The notes under the pieces were generated by a model. That model did no database searches. It worked only from the letters and a program-made list of their open reading frames with translations, and had not been told where the DNA came from. A stretch of DNA of 64,000 bases, from positions 668,851 through 732,850 of the forward strand of contig JAAOMT010000678.1 of the NCBI GenBank assembly GCA_016748015.1. Reading direction: 5' to 3'. Source of the DNA: Geosiphon pyriformis uo1. Its lineage: Eukaryota > Fungi > Glomeromycota. A program made the position numbers and the translations under genes. Shown here in pieces: positions 54,904 through 64,000 of this stretch. Each line of letters begins with the position of its first letter. The first letter of the stretch is position 1.

Positions 54904-56259
54904 TTATAGAGGAGCTAGGGGCAAAGGATTTGGACACTCTCCCATTACATAATTGAAATATGGTCCTTTATGTGAGAAATCACCCAAGTAGGTATATTTA
55001 TTGTTACATTGCTATGTAATAATACCAAATAAATATAATTTTAATACGGCATATTGAATTGAATGTGAAAAAAAAACGCTAATTCATCAAAGAAATTTAT
55101 TTACCTGGCTTTCTATCAGAAGGCCTCTTTCAATCGGTCCTAAACACAAGTATACTTCTTCAGCATTTTCGCATTCACAATTGATAAATATCCAATGCTC
55201 ACATCCAGAATGAATGAAAGGCATTTCGGTTCCACGCAAGGGTAATCGGGGGACGTAATCATCCGTGTGTGTTACACGAAGAACATACAAATTCGGGATT
55301 CTATTGATTGTGGTGGCCAAATTTCTATCACCAATTCGAGGCGCCCCATATGTGTAAACAAAAAAGGGTGTCGGTATCAACTCTCGTGCCCATTCAGCCG
55401 CCGATAATACTGCATAAGCTTTCCGAATTCGAAGTGGGAATCGTTGACATGCGTGTTGAACCAAAGAAAATCAAAATAAAGTTAAAAGAGCGATGTTCTA
55501 AAGTGGAACTCTTACTAACCTCCAGCAATGCTATGTCCCACAAACGTTGCTCTTTTGATAAGATTTGGCGCTTTTAAAGGTGCTATTTTATCTATAATTT
55601 TAAGCTGAATAGCTTCTTCAACCGCTTTGAATTGATTATAGAATATTTTATCTATCTTAGAATTCGGGAATTTGGGGTGATCTATTAGTTCGAATTCTCT
55701 GTCCAACCATTCAGCTCTTGTGAGGTCATTGGCTCTAAAATACACAACTAGGTCAACCTTTTGATCCGGAAAAATTTGGATCAAGACCGAGACTAAATAA
55801 TTTGTATTTTCCATCATTAAGATTGAAGGCTAATCGATATCAAAAACCATAAAATCTATAACAATAATTACCCATGATTCCAAACCCGACCCCATCCGTA
55901 CTTTCCTCCAAACAATATGCTATGTGAGCATAATATGCAAACTTTTTTAATAAATAAAGCGTCTCATCATCATCTTCGACTGTTATGAGATATTTTCGGT
56001 CTCCATCCGGAAGCGAAGCTTTTTTCGAAAAGTATGTGCTTGAATTAGCAATGAAACTTGTTGGGAAAACAACCTCAGAAACTTTATCATGTCTAAATTG
56101 ATGATAAGATGTATTTTTCCAAATTGCTCTCATGAAATGAATAATGATAAAAAATATTAAAAATGAAGCAATTGTCATCAAAGAGAGAGTGCCTTTTTGT
56201 TTTTGATGGCTTCGCCTGAATAAAGTTTTCAGGGCGTATATTTTAATCCAATAGTTCAT
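54904..56259 (-). CDS. Lipase class 3 protein H (triad present)
   Basis: Exons 56259-55872, 55792-55520, 55418-55105, 55011-54904. TM LMTIASFLIFFIIIHF, FAYYAHIAYC, GHSIAG, TYGAPRIGD, HTDDYVPRLP, SHKGPYF. Confidence 0.9.
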
Positions 56260-56924
56260 TATGTTTGATTGGAGAGAGCATGGGCTAGTTTCGAGTTTTG
56301 GTTATCACGTTGTGATTTTATATCACGAAAAATTTCGAAACAAGGACGATATTTATAACAACTTATTCCCCAATATCGTCGGCTCAATTTAACCACCGAA
56401 AATTATATGATTTTCCTCGTGCAACCCATCTTTACGGTGCATTAAATGAATTAATTACATGTACAAGATCCACTCAAAAGGCAGCGAGTACCATTGTTAA
56501 AAGAAAGTCCTTTAATTAGAGATTCGTAAATAATTCCTTTAAAAATGAAGACCCATTCAAATATAATAGATTTTGGAACAAAGAAATAAAATCTCTAGTA
56601 AGTAAAGACTAATTGTTTACATATGCTCATTCATTCTCGGATTGGCGACTTTATATTTTGTTACCCATATACATAAGTTACATAAAGTATCATTTAACAG
56701 TTAATTAAATTCAAAGGAAGAAAGTTTTATAAAAAATTGTATTTTAGTCAATGAGTCAATTTTTTACCACAACAATTCTTGAATGATGTTATACCTTTAA
56801 TAAATATTTTCAACCTTTCATTTAGCAGCAATCGACAAATCATTTGCAAAATTTGTCGCGTTACCGGGCTCTGATGTCGTGCAAGCGTCTATTTATTCCT
56901 ACGGCCCACTTTTTCACCTATCTG

Positions 56925-57790
56925 ATGCACCTGACTCCGTAAATTGAATAGCAAAGTGTCAAAGTACTTTTAGCGCAAGGGTTACTACAATACAACTGAA
57001 ATCGCCAAACTAATTGATGTTCCCTTTGCTCCTGTCAATAATATATTGCCCTCCATAAAAATACCAGATTTCAGAGATTCATCATACTGACTGTCCACGC
57101 AAGCCTACCCCTTGCAAACGTCACCAGATCGGTAAACTCTTACACGGAAATCATTTCATTACGACAGCCGATCTCAAAGCACGACTCGAAGAAACGCATG
57201 CAGGCCTCAAAATAGGCGAACTGACTCCCCAGAATGAGCTTTCAAGTCTTGGATATATTGCCATCTGCCCAAGCGTTTCTCTCCTCAACGAAAGCTTCAA
57301 GGAGAACCACTTTTAATAGGCGCGTGAGCATTGCCATTACAAGTTTTGTAAGCTCATATTCTCCGACGAGAAGAGTTTATAGATGTTCCGAAACATCTGT
57401 CTCATGATAGAAAACTTATAGCACTAATAGTAAAGCACCCCTTTAAGCTGCATGTTTGGGTGTCGATCAATTAATGCGGCAAGATTGGTTTTTACGTATT
57501 CACGGTGAGTTTGAACCGTCATATATATTGTGATATGCTAAACAGCCACCTTTATGATAACGTGACCAGAAAATATGGTATTCCAGCAGTATAATAATCC
57601 AAAACACACCTTTAATGATGCGCACGATAACCTCCAAACAAGACTTTCATGTTGTGTTCTGCCGTGACCACAATATAGCCCAGACCTCAACCCCATTGAG
57701 AATATTTGGACTTTTTTGAAGCATAACGTAGAGGAAAAGTAAAAGGAATACTGGCAAAACAAAAGCGTATTTTTTTGGGGCGGTGAAAGA
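56925..57790 (+). pseudogene. Decayed Tc1-family transposase
   Basis: Broken frames give CPRKPTPCKRHQIGKLLHGNHFITTADLKARL (homologous to the 46.7 kb copy), IFSDEKS, VFQQYNNPKHT and P*PQYSPDLNPIENIW; many stops and frameshifts. Confidence 0.85.
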
Positions 57791-59271
57791 AGCTAAAAAA
57801 TCTTCGGCTATATGAGATAAATTATGACATCATTTGTATTCTTTCATCGAATTAAGAAACAGAAAATTTGGCTGGAGGTTTTGTTAGAAACGTCTAATTA
57901 TATCTTTAATTTTGTCTAAAAAATAGCAAAATAGTTAAATACGAACAAAATGGCTTCAATTTTCTTTGAAATAATGTTTATCTGTAACCATCGCTAAAAA
58001 AGATGATTTTTTAGGTAACCTATGAAAGATTATCATCATCATCATAGACTAAAGCAGAAATCGGTAAAACTTGAAAAAATACCTTAAAAATATATAAGAC
58101 AGTTTCAATATGTTTTTTTATTAGATACAAACCTGAAAAACGTAGATTTAATTTTAAATTGAAATTATAAAAGTAGTTTCAATAAAAGAGCCAGAAAATT
58201 CAATTTTCATAATATTATTGAAATAAAAAAAAGTTAAATCAAAAAGTTAATATATTTTGGGAAAAAGTGTTAAGCACTATTGATTTGAATTAAACTTTGA
58301 TAAAACCAATTTTAAAAGTAGCACAAGATTCAAAGAATCGAACTTTATCTTTTAAAAATAAAAACTTTTGGGAAATTAATTGAGGGTAATTAGGCGATTT
58401 CACCTATTCTTATAGTGCATTTATTTAAAACCATTTTCCCAAATCAAGACAAATTAATTTCTTAATACGTTGCATAGTTCAATTATAACGTCGCTTCATT
58501 ATGATTATTTTTTAATATAAAGTTTTAAAAAATTTCAATTTCCCCCCTTTGATTGTATAAACTGTAAAGAAACTTTTGCTTCCTTCAAATTTATTATTTA
58601 CTTTTATTTAGAGCCCTTACAATAGACCCTAAGTTTAATAACCTAAATAATGAAAGAAAAAAAGTAGAAAACTTTTTCAGCAGCAACAATAAACCAATCA
58701 CTCATTATTCCAAAAAAATTTCCTTCCTAATTTTTTTTGGTCACTGGGTCTAAAATCGAGACGAAATAATCGAAAAATACAAAAAAAGCCACTCTTTGAA
58801 TCAAAAATAAAACCACTTGGAATTCTTGACCAAATATCCGAATATATTTTTCATCGCTCAAACTTCCCAAATGATTACTGAAAATTTTAATATTCCGCGA
58901 ATACAAAAAAATAGCAGCGATTTATGGTAAATTTTCCCGAATCAACGCTAGAAAAATCTAACTCTTCTCTAGAACTACCAAAAGCTGCGTGGACTCAAGA
59001 TTATTAACTATCATTTTAGATCCGAAATTTATAGCATTCTTTGCTACCTCTTCATCGTTACGTATGATCCTTTGAAACGAAATTATTTTTACATATTTCT
59101 TTTCTTCATTATTATCTTAAAAAGTGTCGTTCAATTTTCGCTTGAACTTGTGAATTATTTTAAGGTGAACAATCCGATAAAAAAATCCAATAAAAAAAGT
59201 TTGAATCCAAATATCTAATATTATCATGCCTTTTGAAATTTAATTCATAAAATAGTATAATTCATATTCTA

Positions 59272-61210
59272 TTATTCCTCCTGCAATATAGCATCAACGT
59301 CAAACTCTTGACGAGGAACGAACTTGACTTTAAAGTTTTTTACCATCCAATCAAAACTGCTTCCCTGTCCTTCGAGGCTAACGGGTATTGGGAGGCCAGT
59401 TAAAGAATCCTTATCAAGCTCTAATGAAAACAAGGTTAATAGATGACCAATAACAAAGAGCATTTTTCGTAATGCGAGAGCACTCCCTATACAGCTTCTG
59501 CGGCCCTCTGAAAATGCCTATAATACGAAATTGTTTGTAAGAATTTAGGCTTCACCAATTCTAAACAGAAAAATATTTTGATATAAAAAATTCACCCATG
59601 GTTCATATATATATTGTGTGGCTTTCAAACGTCCGCTCTCGTCAAGGAATCGTTCAGGTTTAAACTTCTCAGGCTCCTCATAAATATCAGGATCATGATT
59701 GAGTCCGATAGCGTTTATTACGACGACACTACCCTCTGGGATGTGATATCCTTGATAAATATCATCTTTTGTCGTGGCATGCGGCAATGTGAGGGGTTGA
59801 ATATTACATTCCATGAGTATTTTGATTGATTGAACCAAATTTTAATCACGAGGCTAAACGTTAGTCGAACAAAATTATTACCCGCATCGCTGCATTTCTT
59901 TAATAGTAGCCCTCAAATAGTGCAAATCAGCTTCATGCTCTTGGGAAAATAATTTTCCTCTCCCAACTTTCAAATCCAATTCCTCTTGTATCAATTTTTG
60001 GACTTCTGGGTAATTCACCAGATGTGCCAAACCCCATAACATTGTGCGAACGCTTGATCGGATTCCAGAAACAATGAACAGATTACACATTTCATAGATG
60101 TCATCCTCGTCCAATGTATACATATTATCCTGGTCTTTCGAAAATTCCGAGGTAAAAACTGAGGTTCTGAGGGATGGATCGATTTTAACTGTCTTGTAAA
60201 GCTGAGCAGCAAAACAAGTTTCAATCTCTGGTCCATTCCTTTCCATCCTACTTTTCACTTGGCGAAGCATTTCCTGAGTAACTTTCATAAATTCAGATTT
60301 CACATCTTTAACTTGTTTCTCATACTTTTTACAGAATGGTAATTTTTGAAGCAATGGAAAAAAATCAATCAAAGCCGCTTTGAAACCTAGCAAAGCAAAG
60401 CCTTCCACGGTAAATCTCGTGAATTCCTTAATCAAGTGGTCTGGCTCTCGTGGATTTCCTCGATACCCAAAGCACATCACCACAAGAATATGCGTTACAA
60501 CAGAGTTAATATCTTCATATGGATCAAAAGCTGAACTTTTGCATTTTTTATAAATTCTTTGGAGAAAAAATTTTGTTTGTTCTTCGATGATAGGTTGATA
60601 GGCTGAGTTGATGACAGATAATCTTAGTCCTTGCACTAACAAACTTCGCATTGTTTTGTACTAATTTCCATACTAATTTAAAGTTGAATAAATACAATTA
60701 AGTTTCAGCTCTTGAGGAAAGAATTCGAAGGTCACCTACCGGGGCAAAAACCATATTCTTAAAATCATTGCACCAAATCTTTCCCAAAATATGATTTCGC
60801 TATAAAATAACCATCGAAAAATTTTACAAAATAAGTTTAATGGCCTACCAAATACCTGATTCAAGGAAACTTGCTTGAATTTGAAAATTTAATAACCTAC
60901 TGTCGTTCTCGATGAATAAATTCCACCCCTTGTCACAAACAAATCTCTTGCAACCTTGATATTATTAACCACAATCCATTCCTGACTTCCGAATCTTATC
61001 TTGAAAATAGGACCATATGTTTTTGCGTATTCAAGAAAGGCTTACGTGCATTGCATCTCCAACTTGATGAAGATTACCGATGATTGGTAGTGGTTTGGGA
61101 CCTGGAACTGACAGAAATTCCCCTTTAACATTTTTTTTATTCCTTGATATTAAGAAGGAAATAGAAACCAAGAAAGCGAATAATACAACCAGAAAATCAA
61201 AATTCAACAT
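59272..61210 (-). pseudogene. Cytochrome P450 (microsomal, group E type) probable pseudogene
   Basis: TM anchor, PGPKPLPIIGNL, EMQR (ExxR), PERF, FSEGRRSCIG heme motif. Exons ~61210-60901, 60799-60740, 60672-59882, 59806-59596, 59517-59272. Lesions: +1 frameshift near 61042, in-frame TAG at 60663-60661, and TG instead of AG at the expected acceptor (59808-59807). Confidence 0.85.
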
Positions 61211-61569
61211 ATTTGTCAGGTTGAACGAAAGCAATGAGTTTAAGATTTAAGAAAACTCGATATTTGATAAACATTTTTCTGACAAAGTATGATGATGATT
61301 AAGACTGTTGTGATTATTTAATCAAATGCTGTCATCTCGAAATGTAGCATGAGAGGATAGAATTCTTTGCGCAGGAATTGTGTGTTCATAATTTTGGATT
61401 TACTATAGAGCCGACCAGCCAAAGAGGTCTTTGGCTTCACTAATTAGTTTTGTATTTTCTGCAAATATAAAATTAAATGTAATCAAATTTGTTAACTGTG
61501 ACTCTTTTTTTCTAATTTCAAGTTCTGACCCTATCCATTAAATAGAAAATCAATTTGTTTCATTCGCAA

Positions 61570-62130
61570 AATAACGACCGAGTATGCCATAATTTTCAGT
61601 CATTTCATTTTAAATGCCACCTGCAATAACTCAGTTTTTACAAATGTTCCCAATTGGATTCAGGTGTGGTGAATTGTCGGCCAGTTGATAGTGGTAATTT
61701 TATTTCCTGCTAACCATTTTTCGATTTTTTTCCCAGTGTGGATATTCCAGTTAGCATCTTGATTGCGTTCTGAAATGGAAACAAGTTGGTTTTTAAGATT
61801 TCAAGGGTTAGTTATTTTTTCCCCATTTTTTGTGTATTCATCACAATCCTCATGCGAAACACCCAAACCATTACGGATCTTTGTCTACTTTTGAAACTAG
61901 GCACTAAACCATTAGCCTTAAACTTTTCTCCAATGTTCCACAAAGTCTTATTTGTCGTGATTGCTTCCCAATTTCCGTACTCGTCACATCAGATAAGATA
62001 ACTTTTGCCCAATTGTAAGTGGTTTTATTTTTATTTTCTAAACACGAGTAATTTGCGGCAGTTGACAGACTACATATTTCGTGGTGCATGTCGCTTTAAT
62101 AGTGGTTACACATGCGAAATCTGGCGTTAC
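61570..62130 (-). pseudogene. Decayed Tc1-family transposase (different subfamily)
   Basis: Minus-strand fragments NWAKVILSD..EIGKQSRQIR, GEKFKANGLVPSFKSRQRSVMVW, QD..IHTGKKIEKWLAGNKITTINWP/NSPHLNPIGNI match the DDE core motifs. Boundaries approximate. Confidence 0.8.
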
Positions 62131-62849
62131 TATACATGTATATTGATTATTTTTTTCATTAAATTATATAGTCATACGCAAGCAAAGGAAAAACGACAAA
62201 AAACGCAATACTAGTCCCAAAAAATCACACTCAATGTTGGCCAATATTTTAGAAAAGATCTTTCAATAATATTACGAACATTAGCACCAAAATTACATAT
62301 ATTTAAAAGTATCTTATGCACAGATACTAAATATCGATGCCATTTCTAATCATTTCTAGATTCATAATGACTCTGGAAATAAATTTTTTTAGGGTACAAT
62401 TCACTACTAAAATAGATATTGGGAAATATTCGGATACACTTAATTAAAAGAAATAAATTAATTTTTTTTGAAATTAATAAGCAATATTTGGTATTTGAAT
62501 CTTTAGAATCTTTAAAAACTCAATTTTATAAAATAAAATAAAATTAACAATTAGCAAAAAAATTATCTTAAATAAAGATTTTGAAATGGTTTAAATTTAA
62601 AACTTTTTTTACAATGATTATAACAGGCATTTCTAAAAACAGAAAAATTTCCTAATTAAAGAAAACACAAAAAAATTAAATAACATACAAATATTAACTA
62701 TTTAGAATATATATACAAAGTTATAATTATAATGTCTAAATAATATTAAAAACAAAAAACTTTTAACAATTTGGTGTACCAAAAAATAATTATTCTGCTT
62801 TAAAAACATAATAAATGTTCAATCTCATATTAAATTTCTGTAAATTTAT

Positions 62850-63300
62850 ATTTTTAAATTGCTAATTTTAATTTATATAAATTATTTAATTAAATTTACT
62901 TATATCAATTATGTATTAACTATCTTATTTTCAAAATTAATTGTTGACCTAGTTGTTAACTTGAATATTCATCTTTTTATATTAAGATAAAACACTTTTT
63001 CAAATCAATATTTTTTTCTTATTTTCTTAACATTGTATTTTGTTAAAATTAGATTGAAATGTAAAAAAATTATCCTTAAAATTCTTAAATAAACAACTGT
63101 TTGAAATAATTGATACTTGATATTGAATTCTAAAAGCCCCAATTGAGATATAAAATTATAGTAGCTGTATTATATTTTGTTAAAAATCATGAACTATTAC
63201 TTATTTTCAGATCTTCCTTGAGAAAAGTAGCAACTGTGATTTTGAGACTGATTATATTAATTGAATTGTTTACACATCTAATTTGCTCTCTTATTAAAAA
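62850..63300 (-). repeat. Decayed copy of the repeat family at 13-14 kb and 37 kb
   Basis: Reverse complement of 62890-63170 aligns with 14030-14345 (e.g. tacagctactataattttatatctc / taactgctgttgtaattctatgtctc; caagttaacaactaggtcaacaatt). Boundaries approximate. Confidence 0.6.
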
Positions 63301-64000
63301 AATTTTATTTAGTTTTACATTTTCTTTAACTACTATGCTTTCTACTATTTGTTAGCATGTTACTTTAATTTATAACAAAAGAAAAACCAATACAAAAATT
63401 ATAGTTAATTTTCTAAACTTATTATTATGTTTTTTGATACAATAAATGTTATTTAATAACCAATTTTAATAATGGTTTTTTGACACAACCTATATTTTAT
63501 TAAAATTCTAAAAACAAAATTAAATTAAAACTTTAAATTAATACAGACTAGTTTAAACTGATTTAATTTATTCAACCAAATTTACAAATTTTTAATTTTA
63601 GCTTCAGCTGATACCTGTTTTTCTTTTTCTTTTTATGGAATATTCTTATTATATAATTAGAACACGTGTAACTCAACCAAAAAAACAAATCCCCAAAAAG
63701 TTTGCATTTCCATAAATTTTTTCTCAATACATGTAGAATAAATTGAAACTTTATTTTGTAAACTATAAAAGAAACTTTCCAGTCTTGAGATTATCTTTTT
63801 GAGCTTTTAGTTTAATTTGATTTTTGGTCAAATAAATTGGTTTTAAGAGTTGAATATCGGGTATTTAAGTATAAAAGTTTGCACTGAAACTTGATATTTT
63901 CAAATCTCGAAGCATAAGTCCTTGAAAAATTTTAGAGACTTGTACATGAAATAAATGGTAAAAGGGTACCGCTTCGGGAACTACTAATAATAAACTTGAT

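Noticed and set aside
61417-61436. Perfect hairpin AGCCAAAGA-GG-TCTTTGGCT as a Helitron 3' end
   Set aside because: No properly spaced CTRR terminus or other Helitron evidence; may be chance.

Overview
Very AT-rich, intron-containing eukaryotic (fungal) DNA. Gene content (a MATA/ROX1-type HMG-box gene, a signal peptide-Kelch-TM protein, expanded class-3 lipases) suggests a Glomeromycotina fungus, possibly Geosiphon/Archaeosporales; this is inference only. The window is dominated by 8 paralogous lipase class 3 (Lipase_3, alpha/beta-hydrolase) genes on both strands that share three intron positions. Three of the 8 keep complete spliceable ORFs but have Gly in place of the nucleophile Ser (GHG instead of GHS). 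All 8 also deviate from canonical fungal lipases at the oxyanion/lid motifs and share an extra CxC. Other genes: the Kelch membrane protein, a protein with a POU/Cro-like C-terminal HTH, the HMG-box factor and a cytochrome P450 pseudogene with three lesions. Not visible in the ORF track: a full-length U1 snRNA copy (minus strand) with an altered 5' splice-site recognition sequence, and a decayed intron-containing Fanzor (TnpB-like RuvC) remnant followed by a structured 3' segment ending in a CACTA-like terminus. There are also three Tc1/mariner copies (one with TIRs and TA TSD, spanning an N gap), decayed copies of one unknown repeat family, a ~8 kb extremely AT-rich block, and microsatellites. 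Exon boundaries were derived by hand from GT/AG signals and paralog alignment.
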